Part shown: piece by piece, positions 15,761 through 23,376 of the stretch | Layout of the letters: the number at the start of each line of letters is the position of its first letter | How positions within the stretch are numbered: the first letter of the stretch is position 1 | Assembly (NCBI RefSeq): GCF_003010495.1 | Contig: NZ_CP027570.1 | Location: 1,470,001-1,502,000, forward strand | DNA: 32,000 bases | Direction: 5' to 3' | DNA from: Megasphaera elsdenii DSM 20460 | GTDB lineage: Bacteria; Bacillota; Negativicutes; Veillonellales; Megasphaeraceae | Notes under the pieces: generated by a model | Database searches by the model: none | What the model saw: the letters and a program-made list of their open reading frames with translations, nothing else | Told to the model about the DNA's origin: nothing | Made by a program: the position numbers and the translations under genes

Positions 15761-16042
15761 ATGAAACGAGAAAGGCATATTGGACGTTTTTTACTTGCCC
15801 TGGCGGTGGCTTGCAGTGTCGGGCTGTATGCAGGACATTCACTGGGAGAAACCGTGAAAGCCCAGGAAGATGCCCAAGTTCACATTGTGGACCAGGGGGA
15901 AACACTGTGGGAAATCGCCAGGCCCATCGCGGATGAACGCGGTATGGATATCCGTGAAGTCATCTATGAAATCAGCGTGAATAACGATATCAATAGTAAT
16001 GACGACATCCGCCCAGGGCAGCGGTTAGTCATTAATTTTTGA
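15761..16042 (+). CDS. membrane-anchored LysM-domain protein (YneA-like architecture)
   Basis: N-terminal hydrophobic anchor, then HIVDQGETLWEIA...IRPGQRLVI, which matches the LysM motif. Confidence 0.75.
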   Translation: MKRERHIGRFLLALAVACSVGLYAGHSLGETVKAQEDAQVHIVDQGETLWEIARPIADERGMDIREVIYEISVNNDINSNDDIRPGQRLVINF

Positions 16043-16058
16043 AAGGCAGGCGAAAATC

Positions 16059-16265
16059 ATGAAATGGGTAGACACACGCTACGAATTACCGGCCCCGCAT
16101 CGCAGGGTACTTGTCGCAATGAACGTAGGCACAGACTGGGAATTTGTTGCAATAGGAACGTTCTGTATGGATCATTGGATTGTAGACGGGGAAATCCGCC
16201 TTGTCACAATGCAAGAGGTTCAGTATTGGGCGCCGATAGCTTCGACGCCAAGGAGGGGAAAATAA
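16059..16265 (+). CDS. hypothetical phage protein (DUF551-like)
   Basis: MKWVDTRYELPAPHRRVLV resembles DUF551 N-termini. The resemblance is weak. Confidence 0.45.
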   Translation: MKWVDTRYELPAPHRRVLVAMNVGTDWEFVAIGTFCMDHWIVDGEIRLVTMQEVQYWAPIASTPRRGK

Positions 16266-16266
16266 C

Positions 16267-16542
16267 GTGAATATTATGCCGGTTGACGAAGCCTATGAAA
16301 AAATACTCTGCTGTGCTATGCGCTATGCCCTGGGGCGGCAGACACACATCGTCTATGAAGTCGCCGACTATATCAAGAAGGTGTTGCCGGCACTGAGCCT
16401 GGACACGTTGATGATCATGCAGCAGGATATCGAAAACCAACACGGATTCGGCGATGAACTGGATGAAAAACGTTGGATGATGTTATACGTCGATATCCTC
16501 AACGAAATCAAAAAGAAATACGCCTGTGAAATGAGGGAATAG
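16267..16542 (+). CDS. hypothetical phage protein
   Basis: GTG start 8 nt after GGAGGGG, tightly packed in the operon. Confidence 0.5.
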   Translation: MNIMPVDEAYEKILCCAMRYALGRQTHIVYEVADYIKKVLPALSLDTLMIMQQDIENQHGFGDELDEKRWMMLYVDILNEIKKKYACEMRE

Positions 16543-16544
16543 CC

Positions 16545-16766
16545 ATGAAAAAACAGGATGAAAGCAAGTGGTTCCGGCGGATGCAGAACCGTAACGTCCA
16601 TCAAGACATTGCCCAGGCGGCCATCAAGCTGGCGACTAAAGAAATCCATGCCGGACACTGGCACGGGTACGCCGAGGAAATGTATTACAAAGATGGCTTT
16701 CCCTGCATCCGCTGGCAAGACGGTCATTGCGCTCATTACAACATCGTCAAAGGGACGGTATACTAA
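16545..16766 (+). CDS. hypothetical phage protein
   Basis: An ORF with an SD, packed in the early operon. Confidence 0.5.
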   Translation: MKKQDESKWFRRMQNRNVHQDIAQAAIKLATKEIHAGHWHGYAEEMYYKDGFPCIRWQDGHCAHYNIVKGTVY

Positions 16767-16960
16767 TGGACCCGTGTCCGCTATGCGGCCAGCCGACGCA
16801 CAGTTGGATCTATTGCCGCAAATATAAAAGGGACATCTGCCAGGACCACTGCGAAGATTGCCCGTGGTTCATGGGGAAGATGTTATGGAGTTGCCGCTAT
16901 TCAGAGAGGAAGAAACCACATGAAAATCGCTATTTACAACCTAAAGGGGGGCGTCGGTAA
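16766..16960 (+). CDS. small Cys-rich (zinc-finger-like) protein
   Basis: MDPCPLCGQPTH...CQDHCEDCPW. Its ATG overlaps the preceding stop, and its 3' end overlaps parA by 41 nt. Confidence 0.4.
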   Translation: MDPCPLCGQPTHSWIYCRKYKRDICQDHCEDCPWFMGKMLWSCRYSERKKPHENRYLQPKGGRR

Positions 16961-17663
16961 GACGGTAACGACGGCGAACCTGGCCCACCTTTATGCCACA
17001 CAACGAACGCGTCACGTGCCTGGCAGTCATCGCGGCCAGGCACCGCAAGTACTCATGATTGACTGCGACCCGCAAGGAAATCTGACACAGTTCTACAAAC
17101 GGTACGACCAGTCAGCTCCGTGCGGGATGCGGGAAAAAGAAATCATCGGCACGGACTGGCCGTTTCTGTCGCTCATGCCGGGAAATATGGATTTGTATGA
17201 ATTGGAACGCAGTTATTACGAAAGCAAGACCGTCGATGCTCTGGCCGACATCGGCAGCGGATATGATATTGTCCTTATCGACTGCCCGCCAGCACTGAAC
17301 ATGCTGACCATTAACGCGCTGAGCATTGCGGACTTTATCGTCATCCCAGTGCGGCTGGACGCCTTTTCCAGCCAGGGGCTGGTGGAACTCGACACACAGC
17401 TTCAGGACGTCCTGCAAATCAATCCGGCTCTCCAACTGTTGGGCGTGCTCATCACGCATGACGAACGGACGACGCTGAGCGATGAAGCGGAAGGACTGCT
17501 AAGAGCCAGCTTCCCTGTCTTCGATACGAAAATCAGCCGGAGCCGCTGGATCATCGACAGTACATTGATGTGCAAGCCGCTGGCCGAACTCGGTATGACA
17601 CTCAAACCAGCATGGCAATATAGAAAATTAGCCAATGAAATCATAAAGAAGGTGAAAGAATGA
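16920..17663 (+). CDS. parA: ParA/Soj-family partition ATPase
   Basis: Deviant Walker A IAIYNLKGGVGKT, followed by IDCDPQGN and VLIDCPP. Confidence 0.9.
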   Translation: MKIAIYNLKGGVGKTVTTANLAHLYATQRTRHVPGSHRGQAPQVLMIDCDPQGNLTQFYKRYDQSAPCGMREKEIIGTDWPFLSLMPGNMDLYELERSYYESKTVDALADIGSGYDIVLIDCPPALNMLTINALSIADFIVIPVRLDAFSSQGLVELDTQLQDVLQINPALQLLGVLITHDERTTLSDEAEGLLRASFPVFDTKISRSRWIIDSTLMCKPLAELGMTLKPAWQYRKLANEIIKKVKE

Positions 17664-18754
17664 GCTTAATGGAAAACATGGGCCTCGTCAACAAGGACAA
17701 GGACCGAACTATTAAACAGATTCCGGTCAATCTGCTCGTAGAGAATCCAGATAACTTCTATATCGTCGGCGATGTAGAAGAATTAAAGAACTCGATTATC
17801 GCCGCCGGCGGCGTCCGTCAGAATTTGATTGTCGAACCGATGAAAGACGGACGGTACCTGATTGTATCCGGGCATCGCCGGTGCAAGGCCGTCAAAGAGC
17901 TGCTGAAAGAGCAGACTGTGGGGATTCCCGATACCGTACCTTGCGAAATCTCTACGGACCATTACGGAAATCAACTGCTGCTTATCGATACGAACAGTAC
18001 GTCCCGGGACTTGACTGCCTGGGAACGGGTCGAGCAGTATAAACAGCTCAACAGCCTGTTCAAATACGGCGTCATGACGAATCAAATCAACGGCCGAAAG
18101 CGCGACGCGATTGCCAAAACACTGCATGAGAGCACGACCAATATTGCAAGATATTCAGCCATTTCCAACAACCTGAGGAAATATTACGCAGATTGGATGA
18201 AATCGGGAAAACTTGGCATTTCGGCGGCCTATGAATTATCTAAATTAACGCCGGACCGGCAGAAAGATTTCTATGAACAGCACCTGGATGACGATGAAAT
18301 TACCCTGAAATCTATCGAGGACTTCCTCCATCCGGCATCAAAAGAAACGCCGATTCAGGAAGCGGCTGTACAAGAAGAAGCCATGCAGGCAGAAAGACCG
18401 GAAACAGACGAAGAAGATCCGGAAGCTATTTCCACCGATGATGAAGCGGAAGACATCGAAGAAGTCCCAGAAGAAGCGCCAACAAAAAATGAACCCACCA
18501 CACGGGTAGAAGACATGGAACTGCCAAAAGAATACAAGAAGCTACAAAAAGAATACAAAAAGGCCATGAGCAATATTATGGTTAAACATCGGTGTATAAA
18601 AGACTATGCAGAGCTGGCAAAGAACGGTACGTACACCCAGATGCAGATGATAACCAACATGCAGCGGGCCGCCAGCGGTATGTGTAAGCAGTTGGACTAC
18701 CTGCTGGAGCTGGTTGATAAGATGAAGGTGGTGAGAGGACATGCAGAAAAGTAA
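17660..18754 (+). CDS. parB: ParB N-terminal-domain protein with acidic linker
   Basis: ParB/Srx-type box LIVSGHRRCKAV. It is translationally coupled to parA. Confidence 0.8.
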   Translation: MSLMENMGLVNKDKDRTIKQIPVNLLVENPDNFYIVGDVEELKNSIIAAGGVRQNLIVEPMKDGRYLIVSGHRRCKAVKELLKEQTVGIPDTVPCEISTDHYGNQLLLIDTNSTSRDLTAWERVEQYKQLNSLFKYGVMTNQINGRKRDAIAKTLHESTTNIARYSAISNNLRKYYADWMKSGKLGISAAYELSKLTPDRQKDFYEQHLDDDEITLKSIEDFLHPASKETPIQEAAVQEEAMQAERPETDEEDPEAISTDDEAEDIEEVPEEAPTKNEPTTRVEDMELPKEYKKLQKEYKKAMSNIMVKHRCIKDYAELAKNGTYTQMQMITNMQRAASGMCKQLDYLLELVDKMKVVRGHAEK

Positions 18755-19292
18755 GAAGAGAAACTTAGAAATCGGAAGCAATGCCGGTGAAACGACAACG
18801 GCAACACTCGTATTCATGGCCCTTCATGATGACTATGGCTTCGGCCAGAAACGGCTGGAACGAATCAAAATGAAGTGCAATGAATACAACAGGCAGGAAA
18901 TAAAAAATGATCCTACATTCCAGGGGACGGCCTTCATTGCGATGAGGCAGAAAATGGAAAAATTAGGGGTCAGCGAACGGCTGGAACGGGACTTCATCAA
19001 CTGGATCATATCCGGAGTGGGCTTGAATGGGCGCTATCAGCGGACGTCGGCTATGGCCAGCGTCGAAGCATCGTACATTCACCTGTTCCTGGCGATTCAT
19101 GAATTATTTGGCTTCGGGGCGCAGCGGCTCAAAACGATTCAGCATAAAATTAAATTCTATGCCGGCTGTATACGCGATGGAGAGCCGGGGATTGAAGAAT
19201 TTATGAAATGTATGGCCGTTGAATGTGGGCAGGTATATCCGGGACTGATTGCCTGCGAAGAAAAGTACGGAGAAGTAAAGATTTATGGATAA
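18741..19292 (+). CDS. hypothetical phage protein with internal two-fold repeat
   Basis: ALHDDYGFGQKRLERIKMKCNEY and AIHELFGFGAQRLKTIQHKIKFY are repeats within one protein. Confidence 0.55.
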   Translation: MQKSKKRNLEIGSNAGETTTATLVFMALHDDYGFGQKRLERIKMKCNEYNRQEIKNDPTFQGTAFIAMRQKMEKLGVSERLERDFINWIISGVGLNGRYQRTSAMASVEASYIHLFLAIHELFGFGAQRLKTIQHKIKFYAGCIRDGEPGIEEFMKCMAVECGQVYPGLIACEEKYGEVKIYG

Positions 19293-19304
19293 GGGGGCGG
19301 AACT

Positions 19305-19742
19305 ATGATTTGTCCTTGCTGTGGCCGGGAATTCCAGGCCAAGGGAAATGGGAAGTATTGCGAATCATGCCGGCATCGCATCTTAGATGAATATACCAAG
19401 TGGCGGCGCATGAAGACGAGAAAGAAACTAAAGAAGTGTATCGTATGTGGACGGCCGCTGGAGCATTACACATCGCCATATGTGTGCAGCCATGAATGTG
19501 GGAATATTGCAAGGAATATCTTGCATACAGAAAAGCAGCGGCTGTCACGACAGGCAAATAAGCAATGGAAAGAAAAGATGTGCTATGGGAATGGGAAGGA
19601 ACAGCCCGCACCCCGGCGCAAACTCAAGAAGCCATTATCGCCGCTGGGCCTCGATATTGAACAGGCGAAACTTCACCACATGGACTATCCGACATGGATG
19701 AACAGCAAAGAACGAAAGGAATGGAAAGCACAATGCACGTAA
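19305..19742 (+). CDS. zinc-ribbon protein
   Basis: Two CxxC...CxxC-type clusters (CPCCG..CESC; CIVCG..CSHEC) and a basic linker. Confidence 0.55.
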   Translation: MICPCCGREFQAKGNGKYCESCRHRILDEYTKWRRMKTRKKLKKCIVCGRPLEHYTSPYVCSHECGNIARNILHTEKQRLSRQANKQWKEKMCYGNGKEQPAPRRKLKKPLSPLGLDIEQAKLHHMDYPTWMNSKERKEWKAQCT

Positions 19743-19843
19743 CAGATCATGAACTCAGGGCCATGGTATGGCGGGGCATGATTATCATCAGTATTTTATT
19801 TTGGGGCGGATTTATTTATATTCTGGCCCACATCTTAAACTGA
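19733..19843 (+). CDS. possible 36-aa membrane peptide (not in ORF track)
   Basis: MHVTDHELRAMVWRGMIIISILFWGGFIYILAHILN. Its ATG overlaps the preceding stop. There is no independent support. Confidence 0.3.
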   Translation: MHVTDHELRAMVWRGMIIISILFWGGFIYILAHILN

Positions 19844-19911
19844 AGAGGGACAATGGAAACGTTCATTTCGAGCGTCTCCATTTTTCCATATATATGTATA
19901 TAAAGAAAGTG

Positions 19912-19928
19912 ATGGGCCACAGGCCCAT
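19912..19928. promoter_or_regulatory. 7-bp inverted repeat ATGGGCC-ACA-GGCCCAT next to an AT-rich tract, upstream of rep
   Basis: Read directly from the sequence. It is a candidate nick-site hairpin or origin element. Confidence 0.3.
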
Positions 19929-19981
19929 TGGGGCTTGTAGTAGGCGTTATATTTAGTGCCACCTGGAAAGGAAGTGAGACC

Positions 19982-20824
19982 ATGGGGTTTGTTCGTAATG
20001 TGAAATATTTCTGCGGAAAAAGATATTTTGAAACGGATTTGTTTGAAGTTCCCGATATGGGGAAACGTGGAAAGAAGATGAGAGAAAAGAAAGTCAACCT
20101 GTCTTCGCCGGATCAAGTACGCCGAAATAAAAAGAAGGCATTGCGGACATTCTGCCAGAAAGTAAAAACGAATTTCACGGGAGACGATGTTTATTTGACA
20201 TTGACCTATGACACGCTTCACCGTCGGGACAACGTGAAGGATGCCAAGAAAGACTTCCACAATTTCATCAAGCGCGTGAATCGTCGGCGTAAAAAAGCGG
20301 GGCTTCCCTCGGCAAAGTATATGGGGGCCATCGAACGAAAGGGAACGAATATTCATTTTCACATGATCATCAGCGGGGGCCTGGACCGCAATGAGCTGGA
20401 AGATGTTTGGGGCAATGGCCTGAGCAATGCCAGCCGGTTGCGGATAGACGATGAAGAGTTGATGCAGCGGCTCTGTCAATACATCATGAAGGAAGCCCGC
20501 GATAAGGAGAAGTTCGAAAACGCATATATTTGTTCACGGAATCTGGAAAATCCGAAAGTCACGAAAACAGACTGGGCTTTTACGCACCGCAAGCTGGAAG
20601 AACTGGCCGGGCAGACCGACTGCCGTGACGTATGGGAGAAATTATATCCTGGCTATGAATTCATCGAAGCCAGCAGTACGTTCAATGAATTGACGGGCTG
20701 GCATATCACGGTAAAAATGACGAGGAGGGATAGCGACGTATATTGCAAAAACAAAAAGAGTACGCCTCCGGGGAGTCAAACTAAAACGGCTCAACGACAG
20801 CGTACACGAAAGAGACGGGTATAA
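19982..20824 (+). CDS. rep: HUH-superfamily rolling-circle replication initiator
   Basis: HUH motif NIHFHMII and a downstream Tyr motif LCQYIMKE (YxxK). The N-terminal YFCGKRYFE...LTLTY is typical of a Firmicutes RCR Rep family as I recall it. Confidence 0.8.
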   Translation: MGFVRNVKYFCGKRYFETDLFEVPDMGKRGKKMREKKVNLSSPDQVRRNKKKALRTFCQKVKTNFTGDDVYLTLTYDTLHRRDNVKDAKKDFHNFIKRVNRRRKKAGLPSAKYMGAIERKGTNIHFHMIISGGLDRNELEDVWGNGLSNASRLRIDDEELMQRLCQYIMKEARDKEKFENAYICSRNLENPKVTKTDWAFTHRKLEELAGQTDCRDVWEKLYPGYEFIEASSTFNELTGWHITVKMTRRDSDVYCKNKKSTPPGSQTKTAQRQRTRKRRV

Positions 20825-21038
20825 GTGCATCGTCTGCGGGAGCTACATCGACGACGGGGAAAAGATGCACCATGAGCCGTGCGGGATTTATAAATCGGAT
20901 GAAATCAATAAAACCGTCACGCTTTGTGAGCGCTGCCATTACGAGCGCCATCACGGGGCCAGGGCGGCAGAAATACGAACGAAGTGCGTTGCCTACTTAC
21001 GAACCCTTTACGGGGATGCAGGCGCGCGCAAGGAATAG
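20742..21038 (+). CDS. HNH endonuclease ORF lacking ATG/GTG/TTG start (ATT 20742 proposed)
   Basis: (I)AKTKRVRLRGVKLKRLNDSVHERDGYKCIVCG...MHHEP...TLCERCHYERHHG carries HNH-type Cys/His boxes. The frame opens at 20721, and the SD AGGAGGG lies at 20723-29. Confidence 0.55.
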   Translation: MAKTKRVRLRGVKLKRLNDSVHERDGYKCIVCGSYIDDGEKMHHEPCGIYKSDEINKTVTLCERCHYERHHGARAAEIRTKCVAYLRTLYGDAGARKE

Positions 21039-21050
21039 GAGGTGAGACGA

Positions 21051-21241
21051 TGGAAGTGCATATCAGCATTACCGGGGACGACGAATCCGTGAAAAAAGTT
21101 CTGGACATTTTGACGGGCGGCCGCATCGTGGACAATCTGGAAACGACAGTGAAGCCCAAGAAGCATGCAGGACGACCGAAGAAGCATATAGAGAAAGATA
21201 TTGACATGAACGAAGTGTCGGAAAAGATTTTCGGAAAGTAG
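21051..21241 (+). CDS. hypothetical phage protein
   Basis: ATG follows the SD AGGAGGTG. 63 aa. Confidence 0.5.
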
Positions 21242-21250
21242 GCGAGGCGA

Positions 21251-21445
21251 ATGAACAGTGAACACTACCAAGACCCGACAGCGGAAAAAGCAATCAGCCG
21301 GGTTGAGAAGAAGCGGCAGGAGAAGCGGAAGAACCGTAGGTATCGTATACGCCGGATGCTGTTGAAGCGGGCGCTGGAAGAAATTGCGACTATCTGCGGA
21401 TTCAAGGTGCACATTACGTTCATCGAAAGCAAGGTGAAATTATGA
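21251..21445 (+). CDS. hypothetical basic phage protein
   Basis: An ORF with an SD and an Arg/Lys-rich centre. Confidence 0.5.
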   Translation: MNSEHYQDPTAEKAISRVEKKRQEKRKNRRYRIRRMLLKRALEEIATICGFKVHITFIESKVKL

Positions 21446-21897
21446 TCATCCACAAGATTTGCGTGCGCAGTAATGTTGTCCGAATCGGATACATCGAAAA
21501 CGAAAAAGAAGCGCCGCGGGAATATGTACTGAAAAGCAAAGAACTGGCCCGGCCAGAGCTGTATAAAGCCATGGAAAATATTTTTCAAGTTATGGCCAAT
21601 GCGGACACCTGCTTTGCCGCGGTATGCGACGGGGAGATTGAAGACATCGTAATTAAATACAACCGGGACAACAGCGTCGATAATTACGTATTAGCCGGAG
21701 CGATGCACGGCGATGACGGATTAGTCGCTACATTCAAGACGGAAAAGATTTATGCTAGAGCTTGGATGGAGCTGGACAATGCCGTGCGAAGCGCTATGAA
21801 GGAAGCGGAATTATTCATCAAGGGAAAGCGGGCGCAGATGACGCTGGACATTGAAGCGGAAACGCCGGCACAGAAATTAAAGGGAGGGGTAGCGTGA
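21442..21897 (+). CDS. hypothetical phage protein
   Basis: Translationally coupled ORF. Confidence 0.55.
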   Translation: MIIHKICVRSNVVRIGYIENEKEAPREYVLKSKELARPELYKAMENIFQVMANADTCFAAVCDGEIEDIVIKYNRDNSVDNYVLAGAMHGDDGLVATFKTEKIYARAWMELDNAVRSAMKEAELFIKGKRAQMTLDIEAETPAQKLKGGVA

Positions 21898-22337
21898 CAA
21901 GCACAGAGTATCTCAAACTGGTCTATGAGTCGGAAGAAAAAGCCAACATGCTGCTGAAAGAAATCAGTCAGATCCAACACGACTTGCTGGCATTGAATGC
22001 CATTGATTATGAAAAGCCGCGAGTCAGCGGCGGGAACGGGCGGAACGCAATGGAAGACCGGATTATCGGATTTCTGGACAAACGCGACCAAATGTTACGT
22101 GAATACCTTCAGACCGTAAACCGCCCATGGGAATTCAAGAAGCTCGTCGAATGTATGGATGACGAACGGATGCAGGCGATAATGAAGCGGCATTATTTGT
22201 GGCACGAAACCTGGGAAAAAGCCTGCGAAGGAATCTGCTCAGACAGCTGGCTTCGGCGCAAGGAAAACGGACTGCGTGCCCAGGCGCTGGAAGAATTCGA
22301 CAAAATCTTCAAAAAAAATAAAATTAGTTCATGCTAG
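21894..22337 (+). CDS. late-gene transcriptional activator, sigma-70 region-4-like (DUF1492/RinA/ArpU-type)
   Basis: YEKPRVSGG...ED motif, then ERMQAIMKRHYLWHETWEKACEGI...RRKENGLRAQALEEF, which resembles a sigma r4-like HTH. It is the last gene before the packaging module. Confidence 0.55.
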   Translation: MTSTEYLKLVYESEEKANMLLKEISQIQHDLLALNAIDYEKPRVSGGNGRNAMEDRIIGFLDKRDQMLREYLQTVNRPWEFKKLVECMDDERMQAIMKRHYLWHETWEKACEGICSDSWLRRKENGLRAQALEEFDKIFKKNKISSC

Positions 22338-22354
22338 TTCATGGTAGTTCAGGT
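22325..22354. repeat. 3 x 10-bp tandem repeat TAGTTCATGC/TAGTTCATGG/TAGTTCAGGT
   Basis: Read directly from the sequence. It overlaps the activator stop codon and sits just upstream of TGgTATAGT (22363-71), an extended -10. Confidence 0.6.
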
Positions 22355-22631
22355 TGGACCTGTGGTATAGTGTATATGTGAAGCAATGGGAATGGCATAG
22401 AGCACATGATTGTTTTCACCCCTCAAGAATAGATAGACACGCAAGGAGCAGCACCCCGTCCACATAGACGGGGTGTTGTACTACCCGGACAGCAGTCATG
22501 CGCCACGGGTCAATGCACAGGATGTACCTTGCCTGTATGCTGTGCGCATTGGAGACGCTGGATACAAAACAGAAAGGTTTTGCGAAGGTTTCTGGTCAAC
22601 TTGAGGAAAATAAGATTTTTGATTCGATGAG

Positions 22632-22661
22632 TCCGGAAATTTTTATTTCTGGATTTTTTTT
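22632..22661 (+). terminator. intrinsic terminator about 200 bp upstream of terS
   Basis: Stem TCCGGAAAT / ATTTCTGGA (one G-U pair), TTTT loop, then T8. Confidence 0.55.
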
Positions 22662-22857
22662 GACTAGGTTCTTCTGGGTTAACAAAAGCCTTGCGCTCAC
22701 CGAGGCGAGCCCAAAAAAAATCTAGATTTTAGTAAAATTCAGCCCTTAATTTATATTTTCAAATGGTTTTATGTGAAGCGGGGTATGATTTATTTATATA
22801 GCCCATGCGTTCGCAGAAACCAACCAAAATGTTAAGTCAGAGAGGAGGGAGGACATC

Positions 22858-23376
22858 ATGAAAGTACGTGGGAAAGCCCGTGAAATCACGGTTACTCAGC
22901 GTTCGCTGGCCGACGCAATCGGCTTAACCCCTCCTAGAATCTCTCAGTTAATCCAGGAAGGCGTCGTCATTCGCGATGAAAAAGACAAGAGTGGCGGCGT
23001 CTTTTTGGTACAATCCATCCTCAATTACAAAGACGCCACCAAAGGAAGCGGTGGTGATGAAGACATCGACTATATGACCGAAAAAGCCCGGCATGAAAAG
23101 ACGAAGCGGGAAATCGCTGAATTACGCCTGGCCAAGATGGAACACCGTGTATACAGTGCCAAAACGGTTGAATTAGTCATAACGGAAATGTTGTCTAACT
23201 TGAGGACGCAGCTGTTGGGACTGCCGACAAAGTTGGCACCACAGCTGGAAGGAAAAAATAAAGAAGAAATTTACGCCAGATTGACAAAAGAATTGGAAGA
23301 AAAGCTATCGGAGCTGAGTGAATACAATCCAGATCTCTTCACCAATGAAGAAGTAGAAGAGGAGGATGAACCATGA
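22858..23376 (+). CDS. terS: terminase small subunit, Nu1-like
   Basis: N-terminal winged-HTH (TQRSLADAIGLTPPRISQLIQEG) and a coiled, acidic C-terminus. It overlaps the terL start. Strong SD. Confidence 0.75.
   Translation: MKVRGKAREITVTQRSLADAIGLTPPRISQLIQEGVVIRDEKDKSGGVFLVQSILNYKDATKGSGGDEDIDYMTEKARHEKTKREIAELRLAKMEHRVYSAKTVELVITEMLSNLRTQLLGLPTKLAPQLEGKNKEEIYARLTKELEEKLSELSEYNPDLFTNEEVEEEDEP

Noticed and set aside
19835-20479. A 214-aa ORF antisense to rep. There are also antisense ORFs in the portal/protease region (26684-27313) and the capsid-to-connector region (28796-29401, 29562-30149).
   Set aside because: All are embedded opposite strongly supported phage genes, lack SDs and have no recognisable domains.
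22498-22725. A 75-aa ORF in the non-coding region before terS.
   Set aside because: It has no SD, runs straight through an intrinsic terminator and a T8 tract, and gives a hydrophobic, low-complexity translation. The region is better explained as leader RNA or cos DNA.
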